Assembly: GCA_963777315.1 (NCBI GenBank) | Contig: CAVZQC010000001.1 | Span: 1-64,000, forward strand | DNA: 64,000 nt | Direction of reading: 5' to 3' | Source of the DNA: Vulcanimicrobiota bacterium | GTDB taxonomy: Bacteria; Vulcanimicrobiota; Vulcanimicrobiia; Vulcanimicrobiales; Vulcanimicrobiaceae | Shown: piece by piece, positions 28,629 through 39,716 of the stretch | How the letters are laid out: every line of letters starts with the position of its first letter | Numbering within the stretch: position 1 is the stretch's first letter | Translations under genes and position numbers: made by a program | The notes under the pieces: model-generated | What the model saw: the letters and a program-made list of their open reading frames with translations, nothing else | Told to the model about the DNA's origin: nothing | The model's database searches: none

Positions 28629-31324
28629 ATCGATTCTTTCTCTTTGTCCTCGTCTGGCTCGTACTGTGCGCGCCTCCAGGCGCGGGCGGCGCCCAAACGG
28701 CCGCCGGCGCAGGCGTGGGAGATCGCGGCGTATACCAAACGCGTCTTCCCAACGGCCTGCAGGTCATCGTAGTGGAAAACCACTCCGCTCCGGTCGTTCA
28801 CACATCCGTGTGGTACCGCTTCGGATCGCTCTACGAGCTGCCGGGAAAAACCGGACTGGCGCACGCGTTGGAGCACATGATGTTCCGCGGAACCAGCGAA
28901 ATTTCGGCCGGCGGTCTGGACGACATCGTTGCGCGTCTGGGCGCGCAAATGAACGGGCAAACCGACTACGACTATACCAACTTTTTGTTCGATATGCCGG
29001 CGGACCGCGTCGGGATCGCGCTGCAGATCGAAGCCGATCGCATGCAGCATCTGTCGCTGCTCGCGTCGGGGTGGGCCGTGGAGCGGCGCGCAGTGTTGAA
29101 TGAAATCGACGGCGACGAGAGTTCGCCGTTCTTCAACCTGCTCTCGCGCGTGCGCGCCGCCGCGTATCCGGATTCGCCGTCGGGACGCACGCCCATGGGG
29201 CGGCGCGCGGACGTTGCAAATGCGACCGTGGCCGACCTGCGCGCGTACTACGACCGCTGGTATGCGCCCAACAACGCCGCTCTCGTCGTCGCCGGCGACG
29301 TCGAACATGCGGCGGTGTTCGCGCTGGCGCGCCGCGATTTCGGCTCGATTCACAAACGGCAGCTTCCGGCACACGCATTCGTGCATCCCAAAGCGGCTAC
29401 CGGAAAAGTGGTCGATGCAGAATTTCCCTTTCCGTTTGAAGTGCTGGATCTCGCTTATGCGGTCCCCGGCGACACCGAACCGGGCGAGCCGGCCATCAGC
29501 ACGCTGTCCTCGCTCATTCCCAACCAGCGCGGGCCTTTCTATCATGCTTTGGTCGAGAGCAACGTCGCGCTCGCGGTGGAAGCCAACGCCGATACGCAGC
29601 TGCGCGGCGGTCTCATGCACGTCTTCATCGTTCTCAATCCCGGGCACACGGGAGTGCAGGCGCAGCAGATCTTTCAATCTACGATGGACCGCGAGCTCAA
29701 GGACGGGTTCGATCCCGATTTGGCCGCCGCCGCCAAGAGAGCAACGCTTGCCGAGCGCGCTTACGATGCCGATTCGATCGGCGGATACGGGGATTTGGTG
29801 GGTTACACGTACGGGATCGTCCGGGAGCGCGATCGCGATGAAGACCGGCGGCTGGCATCGCTCACGCCGCAAGACTTGCTGCGCGCCGCGCGCACGTATC
29901 TGGCAAAACCCAACGTCGTCGGACACTTGACCCCCAACGACAAGCCGTCGGCATCGTCCTCGCAGAAAAGCACGGCTGCCGCCGAGGACAACTTCAGCGG
30001 CCGCGTGCCCAACGGACCGATCGTCGAGCCGGCCGATATTCGCGCCCAATTGCGCAAGCCCACGACCGCCCGCAGCAAACTGGCGCCGGTTGCGTTCACC
30101 TTGCCCAACGGGCTGCGCATCATCGTGCAGCGCAAGGTCGATCGTCCGACGGTGTACGTCGGCGGCAGCATCGCCTCGTCGCCCGCTTTCGTTCCGCCCG
30201 GCAAGGAAGGATTAGTGCGTCTGGCGTCTTCGCTGGCCGGGTTCGGCAGCGAGCATTACGACTTTACGCAGTTGCGCAAAATCGCCGACGACATCGGAGC
30301 ATCGATCGACGTAGGACAACAATTCGACGCGCACGGATTCGCACAGGACTTCGAAACGATGCTCTCGCTGCTGGCCGACGGCGAAGAGCATCCGACGTTT
30401 CCGGACCGCTGGCTATCGCTGCAGCGATCGCAAATCGCCAACAGTATCGCCAGCGAAGAGAGCATCTCGGGCCGCATGGTCGATCGCGTGTATCTTCAGC
30501 GCCTGCTCCCCGCCGACGATCCGGCTTTGCGCTATCCCTCACAGGAGTCGGTGTCGTCGATCACGCGCGACGACTTGATCGAATACACGAATCGCTATTG
30601 GCGCCCGGACCTTACTACAATAGCCATCGTCGGCGACGTCACGCCCGAGCGCGCGCTGCGCGCGGTTGAAGCCGCGTTCGGCTCCTGGCGCAGCCAAGGT
30701 CCAACGCCCTCGGTAGCGCAACCGCAGTTGCCTCCCGCGCATCCCGGGCACGCGTACGTTTCAACGGATGCGAATCAGGTCTTCATCCAACTCGGACAGC
30801 CCGCGGTCGCGCGCAGCAGCCGCGACTTCGACGCGTTCAACTTACTCAGCGAGATCCTGGGCGGCTCGGGCTACTTCGAATCGCGCCTCTGGCAGGAGCT
30901 GCGGCAAAAACGCGGCCTGGTATACAGCGTGGACAGCGTAGTCAAGAGCGATAAAGATCGCGGCGACCTCGAAGTGCAGCTGGAAGCTTCCCCGCAGAAC
31001 GTTGCGGCGGCTATCGCCATCGTCCGCCAGCAACTGGAGCTGCTGCGAACGCAGCCCGTGAGCGCGGACGAGTTAGCCGAAGCGAAAGTCCGGCTGTTTT
31101 CCCAGGCGCTCCTGAACGAAGGATCGGCCGGCGGCCAGTTGGACGAGCTGCTGGCTATCGCTCAAAATCACTTACCGTTGAATTACTACGGCACGCTGTC
31201 CGGCCGGTACGCCGGAATAACGCCTGCCGACGTGCAGCGCGTGGCCAAAGAGTACCTGCAGCCCGACCGCCTCATCCAAGTCTTTGCCGGACCGCCGGGC
31301 CCGTGGGCTTCCGGTGCGCTGTGA
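28625..31324 (+). CDS. Secreted M16 family zinc peptidase
   Basis: Signal peptide, GLAHALEHMMF (HxxEH), two M16 halves. Confidence 0.9.
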   Translation: MNRFFLFVLVWLVLCAPPGAGGAQTAAGAGVGDRGVYQTRLPNGLQVIVVENHSAPVVHTSVWYRFGSLYELPGKTGLAHALEHMMFRGTSEISAGGLDDIVARLGAQMNGQTDYDYTNFLFDMPADRVGIALQIEADRMQHLSLLASGWAVERRAVLNEIDGDESSPFFNLLSRVRAAAYPDSPSGRTPMGRRADVANATVADLRAYYDRWYAPNNAALVVAGDVEHAAVFALARRDFGSIHKRQLPAHAFVHPKAATGKVVDAEFPFPFEVLDLAYAVPGDTEPGEPAISTLSSLIPNQRGPFYHALVESNVALAVEANADTQLRGGLMHVFIVLNPGHTGVQAQQIFQSTMDRELKDGFDPDLAAAAKRATLAERAYDADSIGGYGDLVGYTYGIVRERDRDEDRRLASLTPQDLLRAARTYLAKPNVVGHLTPNDKPSASSSQKSTAAAEDNFSGRVPNGPIVEPADIRAQLRKPTTARSKLAPVAFTLPNGLRIIVQRKVDRPTVYVGGSIASSPAFVPPGKEGLVRLASSLAGFGSEHYDFTQLRKIADDIGASIDVGQQFDAHGFAQDFETMLSLLADGEEHPTFPDRWLSLQRSQIANSIASEESISGRMVDRVYLQRLLPADDPALRYPSQESVSSITRDDLIEYTNRYWRPDLTTIAIVGDVTPERALRAVEAAFGSWRSQGPTPSVAQPQLPPAHPGHAYVSTDANQVFIQLGQPAVARSSRDFDAFNLLSEILGGSGYFESRLWQELRQKRGLVYSVDSVVKSDKDRGDLEVQLEASPQNVAAAIAIVRQQLELLRTQPVSADELAEAKVRLFSQALLNEGSAGGQLDELLAIAQNHLPLNYYGTLSGRYAGITPADVQRVAKEYLQPDRLIQVFAGPPGPWASGAL

Positions 31325-32724
31325 GCGACATCGTCACGATAAACCCCGCGACCGGCGGTGAGCTCGAGCGCTTTACCTACATGACGCGCGAGCAGGTCGA
31401 CGAGCATTTGGAACGAGCGAGAACCGCCTTCGCGCGCCGCCGCAGGCAGAGTTTTTCCGAACGTGCGACCCTGCTGAGCGACTTGGCAAACGCGCTGCGT
31501 ACCAACCGCGATCGGCTTGCGCAAACAGCGGTGGCGGAAATGGGCAAGCCCATCGTGCAGGCGCGCGCCGAAATCGACAAGTGCGTCTGGGCATGCGAGC
31601 ATTTCGCGCAGCATGCGGGGGAATATCTTGCCGATCGCCCGGTGCAGACCAATGCTGCGCGCAGCTCGATCGCGTTCCGCCCACTCGGCGTCATATTTGC
31701 GATCATGCCGTGGAATTTTCCGTACTGGCAAGTGTTCCGGGCGGCGGCGCCCGCGCTGATGGCCGGCAATGCGATCGTTCTCAAGCACGCGGACGGCACG
31801 ACACGCTGCGCGCTGCAGATCGAGAGCCTGTTCGAGCAGGCCGGCGCATCCGAAGGCCTGTTCCGTACGCTGCTCATCGGCCACGACGACGCGGACGCGC
31901 TCATCGCCGATCCGCGCATCGCTGCGGTGACGCTGACGGGTAGCGAGCGCGCCGGCATGGCGGTCGCTTCAGCCGCCGGCAACGCGCTTAAAAAATGCGT
32001 GCTCGAGTTGGGCGGATCGGATCCGTTCCTCGTGCTGGCCGATGCCGATCTGGAAACCGCAGTCGAATGCGCGGTCAAGGCGCGCTTTCAGAACAACGGG
32101 CAGAGCTGCATTGCGGCAAAACGCTTCATCGTCGAAGATGCCGTCTACGATCGATTCGTGCGCCGCTTTTCAGAAGCTGCGGCGGAACAACGTCTGGGCG
32201 ATCCGATGGACGAGCATACGCAAATCGGCCCGTGCGCCCGGCAGGATCTGCGCGAAGTTTTAGCTGCGCAAATCACGCAAACCGTCGTGGACGGCGGCCG
32301 CATCACCGCGGGCGGGCATGCCGTCGAGGGCGCAGGGTACTTCTTCGCGCCCACGGTCGTTGCGGACGTGGGCCCGACCGCCGCGATGTTCCAAGAAGAA
32401 ACCTTCGGGCCTGCCGCCGCGGTGATTCGCGCCGAGGATGAAGAGCATGCTTTGGACCTAGCCAACAATTCGACGTTCGGATTGGGCGCAAACGTGTGGA
32501 CGCGCAGCGTGGAGCGCGCGCAGCGCCTTGCCGGCCTGCTCGAATCGGGGATGGTGTTCATCAACGGCATGGTCGCGAGCGATCCGCGCTTGCCGTTCGG
32601 AGGAGTCAAACGCAGCGGCTACGGACGCGAACTTTCGATGTTCGGCATCCACGAGTTTGCGAACATTCAAACGGTGTGGGTGGGGCCGGAAAACGGCGCA
32701 GTTTCTTCGCCGGCTTCAGAGTAA
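31321..32724 (+). CDS. NAD(P)-dependent succinate-semialdehyde dehydrogenase-like ALDH
   Basis: MPWNFP, LTGS, ELGGSDP, NNGQSCIA, EETFGP, PFGGVKRSG. Confidence 0.9.
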   Translation: MSDIVTINPATGGELERFTYMTREQVDEHLERARTAFARRRRQSFSERATLLSDLANALRTNRDRLAQTAVAEMGKPIVQARAEIDKCVWACEHFAQHAGEYLADRPVQTNAARSSIAFRPLGVIFAIMPWNFPYWQVFRAAAPALMAGNAIVLKHADGTTRCALQIESLFEQAGASEGLFRTLLIGHDDADALIADPRIAAVTLTGSERAGMAVASAAGNALKKCVLELGGSDPFLVLADADLETAVECAVKARFQNNGQSCIAAKRFIVEDAVYDRFVRRFSEAAAEQRLGDPMDEHTQIGPCARQDLREVLAAQITQTVVDGGRITAGGHAVEGAGYFFAPTVVADVGPTAAMFQEETFGPAAAVIRAEDEEHALDLANNSTFGLGANVWTRSVERAQRLAGLLESGMVFINGMVASDPRLPFGGVKRSGYGRELSMFGIHEFANIQTVWVGPENGAVSSPASE

Positions 32725-32764
32725 CGCAGAAAAGGCAGCGGTTACGTAGAGATTCCCGTTCTTT

Positions 32765-33898
32765 CTACCGCGCAAGCGAAGCCGCAAATTCCTCAATCCT
32801 CGAAACGCCTTCGGCGATGCTCTGCGTCGAAGACACCCACGTCAGTCGCAGCCAGTTCGCAAAGCACCCGCCGAACGCGACGCCGGGAATCGCGATGACG
32901 TCGTACCGGTCGGCCAGGACGTGCGCCGCCTCCAGCGATTCGACGCCGTCCGGCAGCCGCACGCAAGCGTAGAAGCTTCCCTCAGGAACGATGTACCGCA
33001 GCCCGCTGCGCTGCAGCACGTCGAGCATTTGTTGCCGCTTGCGCGCGTACCACGCGGCGTGCTCCTGCAGCGCTCCCGGCGTGGTGAAAATGTGCAACGC
33101 GACTTGCTGTGCGAACGTGTCGGCACACGACGTCAGCCATGCGTGGACTTTGACCAGCGACGGGGCGATTTGCCCGGGCGTGATCGCCCAGCCCAAGCGC
33201 AGTCCAGTCAGCGCATTGCTCTTGCTCACGCTGTTCGTGACGATCGTGTAGGGGTAGTGCTCGGCGAAATGTCCCGCGCGCTCGATGAACGTCTGTTCGC
33301 GATAGATCTCGTCGTGCAGCACCCACACCGGCTCACCGCCGCGCTGCAGCAGCGCCTCGCCCAGCGCAAGGGCCGCCTCGCGGTCGACGACGCGGGCGGA
33401 TGGGTTGCACGGCGAACAGATTGCGATCATGCGCGTTGCGGGCGTCACCGCGTGCGCGATCCTCTCGGCGTCGAACGCGAAATCCTGCGCTTCATCCATC
33501 GCCACGCTGCGCACGCGCACGCTTTCGAGCGTCGCCATCTTCGCGTACGATGGAAATGCGGGTTCGACGACCAGCAATTCGTCTTTGGCCGGATCCAGCA
33601 CGGTCTTGATGACCGCGTACGTGGCCTCCTGGGAACCTGTGGTTATGCAGACGTTGTCCGCGCCGTCCAGATTCGGATACCGGTAATGCCGCGCAATCGC
33701 GCTGCGCAGCTTCGGATCGCCCGCGTTGACGGTGTACCGTAGCCCTCGTTCGTAAACGTATCGCATCCCGGCTTGGAGGTGCTCGTGATTGGGCATGAGC
33801 GACGGTTCGCCCAGACCAAGATCGATGGAACGCTCTTTGCGTTTGGCCGCGATCTCGCGAATCAGGGAACCTGAAATGTTGGAAAGAACCGGGTTCAT
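32765..33898 (-). CDS. PLP-dependent class I/II aminotransferase (possibly DapC-like)
   Basis: CSPCNPS, DEIY, SVSKSNALTGLRLGW; coupled to dapD. Confidence 0.85.
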   Translation of the reverse strand: MNPVLSNISGSLIREIAAKRKERSIDLGLGEPSLMPNHEHLQAGMRYVYERGLRYTVNAGDPKLRSAIARHYRYPNLDGADNVCITTGSQEATYAVIKTVLDPAKDELLVVEPAFPSYAKMATLESVRVRSVAMDEAQDFAFDAERIAHAVTPATRMIAICSPCNPSARVVDREAALALGEALLQRGGEPVWVLHDEIYREQTFIERAGHFAEHYPYTIVTNSVSKSNALTGLRLGWAITPGQIAPSLVKVHAWLTSCADTFAQQVALHIFTTPGALQEHAAWYARKRQQMLDVLQRSGLRYIVPEGSFYACVRLPDGVESLEAAHVLADRYDVIAIPGVAFGGCFANWLRLTWVSSTQSIAEGVSRIEEFAASLAR

Positions 33899-34716
33899 AC
33901 TGCGATCTGATGCTCGCGTAGAGCGGCATTGAGCGACGTTTTGCGATCCGTCGATTCGCTGCGCGTTCCGACGATGAGCGCGCATGGAACGCCGTACGTA
34001 CCGGCTGAAAACGCCTTCGGCATCGTGCCGGGAATCATCACGCAGCGCTCGGGTACGCGTCCCTTCAAGATGACCGGCGCGTGGCCGCGCACGTCGACGA
34101 TCGAGGTGGCTGCGGTCAGCACGACGCCCGCACCGAGAACCGCCTCTCGTCCTACGCGCACGCCTTCGACTACCACGCAGCGCGATCCGATGAACGCCCC
34201 GTCTTCCACTATCACCGGCTGCGCTTGCACCGGTTCCAACACCCCGCCGATGCCGACGCCGCCGGAAAGATGCACGTTCTTTCCAATCTGCGCACACGAA
34301 CCGACGGTGGCCCACGTATCGACCATGCTGTTGTCGTCGACATACGCGCCGATGTTGACATAGCCCGGCATGAGGATGACGCCGCGTCCCAGGAAGCTGC
34401 CGTACCGCGCGACTCCGGGCGGCACGCAGCGCGCTCCGGATTCGGCATAGTTGGTCTTGGTTGGAATTTTGTCGTAAAACGCGATACCGCTCGAATCGCC
34501 CATGCGCCGCGTCTCGCATCGCGCGAAGTACATCAGAATCGCCTGCTTGATCCAGGGATGCGTCACCCAAATATCGCCGGCGGGCTCGCATACGCGCAAA
34601 CGCCCTTGGTCCAGCGCAGCGATCGCTTCGTCGATCGCGCGCCCGGCGCGTCCCCGTATCTCTTCGGGACGGTCGGCAAGCGCCTCGATCTCGCGCTGCA
34701 GTTGCCCGGCATCCAT
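33895..34716 (-). CDS. dapD: Tetrahydrodipicolinate N-succinyltransferase
   Basis: WIKQAILMYF, FYDKIP, MVDTWATVGSCAQIGKNVHLSGGVGIGGVLEP. Confidence 0.95.
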   Translation of the reverse strand: MDAGQLQREIEALADRPEEIRGRAGRAIDEAIAALDQGRLRVCEPAGDIWVTHPWIKQAILMYFARCETRRMGDSSGIAFYDKIPTKTNYAESGARCVPPGVARYGSFLGRGVILMPGYVNIGAYVDDNSMVDTWATVGSCAQIGKNVHLSGGVGIGGVLEPVQAQPVIVEDGAFIGSRCVVVEGVRVGREAVLGAGVVLTAATSIVDVRGHAPVILKGRVPERCVMIPGTMPKAFSAGTYGVPCALIVGTRSESTDRKTSLNAALREHQIAV

Positions 34717-34839
34717 GGTCGGCTGCTTTTTGGACGAACGCGGTCCGCGCCTTCGCGCGGCAACCGAGCATCCGCCCGCGAGTAATGGGTACAATGGAGG
34801 AACCCGCCTCATGGGGCGAGCGCTCACGCTTTTAAAGGA

Positions 34840-36846
34840 GTGGCCGTGCCGAACACGCGCGAGGACGAGCAACGTATCAACGCGATTCGCTTTCTTTCGG
34901 TTGACGCAGTTCAGAAGGCCAAGTCCGGGCATCCCGGCATGCCTCTGGGCGCGGCTGCGGCAGCGTACACGTTGTGGACCAAACACCTGCGCTTTAACCC
35001 CAAGGACCCGGCGTGGCTGGGGCGCGACCGTTTCATTCTGAGCGCCGGACACGCTTCGATGCTGCTGTACTCGCTGCTCTATTTGACCGGTTACGATCTC
35101 ACGCTGGACGATCTCAAAAACTTCCGCCAGCTCGGCAGCAAGACGCCCGGGCATCCCGAGGCGCATCACACGCCCGGTGTCGAGGTAACGACCGGACCGC
35201 TGGGCCAAGGATTCGCCAATGCAGTAGGCTTTGCCATTGCGCAGGCGCACTTGGCGCAAACGTACAACCGCGATCAAACCATCATCGACCACTTCACCTA
35301 CGTCATGTGCAGCGACGGCGACATGATGGAAGGCATCGCGTCCGAAGCCGCTTCGATGGCCGGCCACCTGCAACTGGGCAAACTGATCGCGCTGTACGAC
35401 GACAACAAGATTTCTCTCGCGGCAAAAACCGAAGTGACCTTTACCGAAGACGTCGTGGCGCGTTTTGAGGCGTACGGCTGGCACGTGCAGTTCATCGACG
35501 TCGATCGCGGCAACGACGTGGAAACGATCGACCGCGCCATCGCGGATGCAAAAAGCCAGACCGGTAGACCGTCGTTCATCGCAATTCGCAGCCACATCGG
35601 CTACGGCTCGCCCAAACAGGACTCATTCAAAGCGCACGGGGAACCGCTCGGGCCCGACGACGTCAAGGCCACCAAAGAAAACCTCGGATGGCCGGTGGAG
35701 CCGGATTTCTACGTCCCGGACGACGTGCTCGCGTTTTATCGGTCGTTCATCGAGCGCGGAGCGCAACTGCAGACCCGCTGGCAGCGCGCGTTCGATGAAT
35801 GGAAAGGCGAGAACGGACAGCTCGCCGCGCAGTTGGATCGCACGCTGGCAAACCGGCCGCCGTCGAACGTCCCTTGGCCTACGATACGCAAAGACAACGG
35901 CGACGACATCGCCACCCGCGAGGCCGGCGGCATGGTGATGAACGCGATTGCCGCGGCCGTGCCCGAACTCGTCGGCGGTTCGGCCGATCTGGATCCCTCG
36001 ACGAAAACCTACCTCAAAGATCAAGGCGATTTTCAACCCGATAATTACGGCGGGCGCAACATTCATTACGGCGTGCGCGAGCACGCGATGGGCGGCATCA
36101 ACAACGGCATCGCGCTGCACGGCGGCCTGCTGCCGTTCGGCGCGACCTTTTTGAACTTCTTGGACTACATGAAGGGCTCGGTGCGCCTGGCGGCCATCAA
36201 CAAGGTGCGCTGCTATTACGTCTTCACGCACGATTCGGTCTTTTTGGGCGAAGACGGGCCCACGCATCAACCGATCGAGCATCTCGCGCACATGCGCGCG
36301 CTCCCAAACCTGATGACGGTGCGCCCCGCCGACGCGCTCGAGACGCTCGCGGCTTGGAAGTTGATGATCGACGCCGGTGAGGGCCCCTGGGCGCTCGTAC
36401 TTTCCCGCCAGAAGCTGCCCTATCTGGGCGACCGCGATGCGGACGTCGCGCGCGGCGCGTACGTGCTGGCGGATACCGACGGCACGCCCGACCTGATCCT
36501 GATCGCGACCGGTTCGGAGGTGCACCTAGCGGTGCAAGCCGCCGCGCTGCTGGAAAACGGTGGAATGCACGCCCGCGTGGTATCGATGCCCTGCTGGGAG
36601 CTGTTTGCCGCGCAATCCGAGGAATACCGGCAGGCCGTCCTCCCCCCCGACGTCACCGCCCGGATGTCTATTGAAGCCGCCGCGACGTTTGGGTGGGAAC
36701 GCTGGATCGGCAACCGCGGATACGCGTACGGAATCGATCATTTCGGAACGTCGGCGCCGGCCGGCGCTATCGCCAAAGAGTACGGTTTTACTCCCGAGCA
36801 CATCGCGCAGGTCGCGCAAGAGCAATTCGCAACGGTACGGCGCTAG
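34840..36846 (+). CDS. tkt: Transketolase
   Basis: [37 protein letters not shown]. Confidence 0.97.
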   Translation: MAVPNTREDEQRINAIRFLSVDAVQKAKSGHPGMPLGAAAAAYTLWTKHLRFNPKDPAWLGRDRFILSAGHASMLLYSLLYLTGYDLTLDDLKNFRQLGSKTPGHPEAHHTPGVEVTTGPLGQGFANAVGFAIAQAHLAQTYNRDQTIIDHFTYVMCSDGDMMEGIASEAASMAGHLQLGKLIALYDDNKISLAAKTEVTFTEDVVARFEAYGWHVQFIDVDRGNDVETIDRAIADAKSQTGRPSFIAIRSHIGYGSPKQDSFKAHGEPLGPDDVKATKENLGWPVEPDFYVPDDVLAFYRSFIERGAQLQTRWQRAFDEWKGENGQLAAQLDRTLANRPPSNVPWPTIRKDNGDDIATREAGGMVMNAIAAAVPELVGGSADLDPSTKTYLKDQGDFQPDNYGGRNIHYGVREHAMGGINNGIALHGGLLPFGATFLNFLDYMKGSVRLAAINKVRCYYVFTHDSVFLGEDGPTHQPIEHLAHMRALPNLMTVRPADALETLAAWKLMIDAGEGPWALVLSRQKLPYLGDRDADVARGAYVLADTDGTPDLILIATGSEVHLAVQAAALLENGGMHARVVSMPCWELFAAQSEEYRQAVLPPDVTARMSIEAAATFGWERWIGNRGYAYGIDHFGTSAPAGAIAKEYGFTPEHIAQVAQEQFATVRR

Positions 36847-36854
36847 GAGAGAGA

Positions 36855-39716
36855 ATGGAAAATCAACTGCAACAACTGCTCGACGCGGGCCAAAGCGTCT
36901 GGCTCGACAATCTGCGTCGCGGGATGTTCGCCTCAGGCGAACTGCAGGCGCTAATCGACCGAGGCCTGCGCGGCATGACCTCAAATCCGACGATCTTCGA
37001 AAAAGCGATCGGAACGGGCAACGACTACGACGAGCAGCTGCGCTCGCTGCTGCGCAGCGAACGCGACGCCGGCACGCTCTTTTGGGATCTCGCGATCCAA
37101 GACATCCAAAGCGCCTGCGACCTGTTCGCGCCGGTGTACGAAAAGTCCGGTGGAAACGACGGGTTCGTCAGTCTGGAAGTATCGCCGCTGCTCGCGCGCG
37201 ACACGGCCGGTACCATTGCCATGGCCAAGGACCTTTGGAAGCGCGTGCAGCGCCCCAACCTGATGGTCAAGATTCCCGCGACCAACGAAGGCATTCCGGC
37301 CATCGAAGAGTGTATCGCCGAAGGCATCAACATCAACGTCACGCTGGTGTTTGCGGTCGAGTACTACGAGAGGGCTGCGCTTGCGTACATCCGCGGACTG
37401 CAGCGCCGCCTTGAAAAAGGCTTGCCGATAGACCGGATTAGGTCGGCCAACAGCGTGTTCGTCAGCCGTATCGACACGGCCATCGACAAGTTGCTGCAAG
37501 CCAAGATCGACAAAGGCGAAAAGCAGCTCGCGCAGCTGCTCGGCAAAGCCGGCATTGCAAATCTGAAGCTGACGTATCAGAAGTTTCAAGAACGCTTCGG
37601 TTCAACCGAATGGCAAGCCGTGCAGGCCAAAGGCGGCTGCATGCAGCGCCCGCTGTGGGCGTCGACGTCGACCAAAAACCCCAAGTACGACGACTTGATG
37701 TACGTCGAAACCGTCGTCGGCCGCCACACGATCAATACGATGCCGCCGCAAACGCTCGAAGCGCTCGCCGACCATGGAGAAATCCGGCCGGACACCGTGC
37801 TCGAAGATCTCGACGAAGCGCGCGCGACCCTGCGGGCATTGGCCGATGCCGGCATCTCGCTGTACGACGTCACGCATCAGCTGCAGGTCGAAGGCGTAAG
37901 CCTGTTCAGCGATTCGTTCGCGGCGCTGATGGGCGCGATCGTGTATAAGCAAAAGCAGCTCAGTCTGGGCGCGGAGCGCGTGGCGTTCTCCGGCGCGCTC
38001 CAAGACCAGAGCGACTGCGCCAAGGCGTACCGTTCCGCGCTCGACACGCTCGCGCAACGCGATTTCCTCAAAAAATTGTGGGCCAAAGACCCCGCGCTCT
38101 GGTCGACGGATCCCGCGCACGAAGAGATCGTCAAACACGCGCTGGGGTGGCTGGAGATTCCGCAGCATCTGCTCGACTCGGTTGCCAACCTGCAGAGCTT
38201 TGCCAAAGAAGCGGCCGCGGAATTTACGGACGTGGTCGTTTTGGGCATGGGGGGAAGCTCGCTCGCGCCGGACATCATGCGCCAAACGTTCGGGAAAATC
38301 GACGGCCGCCCGCAGCTGCACGTGCTCGATTCGACGGACCCGCAGCAAATTGCCGATCTGGAATCGCAGATCGACGTTTCGTCCACCTTGTTCATCGTCG
38401 CGAGCAAAAGCGGCACGACGACCGAGCCGGACGCATTTTATCGCTACTTCTGCGACCGCGTCTCCAAAGCGATTGGTGCGGACAAATGCGGGCGGCGGTT
38501 CGTCGCCATCACGGATCCGGGTACGCAGCTCGAAGCCGAAGCCAAAGAACACGGGTTCCGCGCGTGCTTTCTGAACGATCCGAACATCGGCGGACGCTAT
38601 TCCGCGCTGTCGTTTTTCGGCATGGTGCCTGCAGCGTTAGCGGGCTACGATATCAATTTGCTGCTCGACCGGGGCTTAGGCGCGATGGCTGCCAACGACA
38701 AAACGGTCGCGCCCAAAGATGCTCCCGGCGTAAGGTTCGGAGCCGCGATCGGCGGCCTGGCGCTCGCGGGGCGCAATAAACTGACGATCGTCACCCATCC
38801 TGCCGTCGAAGCTTTCGGAGCGTGGGCGGAACAGCTGATAGCCGAGTCCACCGGGAAAATGGGCAAAGGCATTCTCCCGGTCGAAGGCGAGCCGCTTGGC
38901 GATCCGAACGATTACGGCAACGACCGCGCGTTCGTTTACGTCGGCTCCAACCTGCCGCAGGCGCCTGCGCACGTCGAGGAAAAGCTGCGCGCGCTCGAAC
39001 AGGCGGGTCACCCGGTAATACGTCTTGCGATGAACGATGCGTACGACGTCGGCGAGCAGTTCTATCTGTGGGAGATCGCGACCGCGGCTGCCGGATCGCT
39101 CCTGCAGATCGATGCGTTCGATCAGCCCAACGTACAGGAATCCAAAGACAACACCAAGACGCTGCTGGCGCAATACGCGACCAAGGGCAGCTTCGATCAA
39201 CCCAAACCGGCGGTCCGGGGCGACGAACTGGACATTGCGTTCCTGTCCGGTAGCTCGGGGCTGCCGGCGCGCGATGCAGCCTCGGCGCTGGCCGGGCTAT
39301 TCGCCCAGGTTCGCGACGGCGACTATGTCGCATTTTGCGCGTACATCGAACGCAATGCCGAACACATCGCGCTGCTCGAGCAAATGCGGCTAAAAGTGCG
39401 CGACGCGCGCAAATGCGCGACCACCGTTGGATTCGGTCCGCGTTTCCTGCACTCAACCGGCCAAGAGCACAAGGGCGGCCCCGACACCGGCGTCTTCGTG
39501 CAGATCACCGCCGATCCGGCGTTCGATCTGCCGATTCCGGGGATGAACGTGGGGTTCCGCACGTTGATTGCAGCACAGGCGCTGGGAGATCTGCAGTCGC
39601 TCGACAAGCGTGGGCGGCGCGGCGTGCGCGTGCACGTCAAAGGCGATCTCGACAAAGGCTTGCACGCACTGAGCGGTGCGATCGACGACGCGTTAACGGC
39701 AAAGGCGCAAGCGTAA
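36855..39716 (+). CDS. Bifunctional transaldolase / glucose-6-phosphate isomerase
   Basis: GMTSNPTIF, KIPAT and RPLWAST (Tal) fused to GMGGSSL, SKSGTT, GGRYS and QLIAESTGK (PGI). Confidence 0.93.
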   Translation: MENQLQQLLDAGQSVWLDNLRRGMFASGELQALIDRGLRGMTSNPTIFEKAIGTGNDYDEQLRSLLRSERDAGTLFWDLAIQDIQSACDLFAPVYEKSGGNDGFVSLEVSPLLARDTAGTIAMAKDLWKRVQRPNLMVKIPATNEGIPAIEECIAEGININVTLVFAVEYYERAALAYIRGLQRRLEKGLPIDRIRSANSVFVSRIDTAIDKLLQAKIDKGEKQLAQLLGKAGIANLKLTYQKFQERFGSTEWQAVQAKGGCMQRPLWASTSTKNPKYDDLMYVETVVGRHTINTMPPQTLEALADHGEIRPDTVLEDLDEARATLRALADAGISLYDVTHQLQVEGVSLFSDSFAALMGAIVYKQKQLSLGAERVAFSGALQDQSDCAKAYRSALDTLAQRDFLKKLWAKDPALWSTDPAHEEIVKHALGWLEIPQHLLDSVANLQSFAKEAAAEFTDVVVLGMGGSSLAPDIMRQTFGKIDGRPQLHVLDSTDPQQIADLESQIDVSSTLFIVASKSGTTTEPDAFYRYFCDRVSKAIGADKCGRRFVAITDPGTQLEAEAKEHGFRACFLNDPNIGGRYSALSFFGMVPAALAGYDINLLLDRGLGAMAANDKTVAPKDAPGVRFGAAIGGLALAGRNKLTIVTHPAVEAFGAWAEQLIAESTGKMGKGILPVEGEPLGDPNDYGNDRAFVYVGSNLPQAPAHVEEKLRALEQAGHPVIRLAMNDAYDVGEQFYLWEIATAAAGSLLQIDAFDQPNVQESKDNTKTLLAQYATKGSFDQPKPAVRGDELDIAFLSGSSGLPARDAASALAGLFAQVRDGDYVAFCAYIERNAEHIALLEQMRLKVRDARKCATTVGFGPRFLHSTGQEHKGGPDTGVFVQITADPAFDLPIPGMNVGFRTLIAAQALGDLQSLDKRGRRGVRVHVKGDLDKGLHALSGAIDDALTAKAQA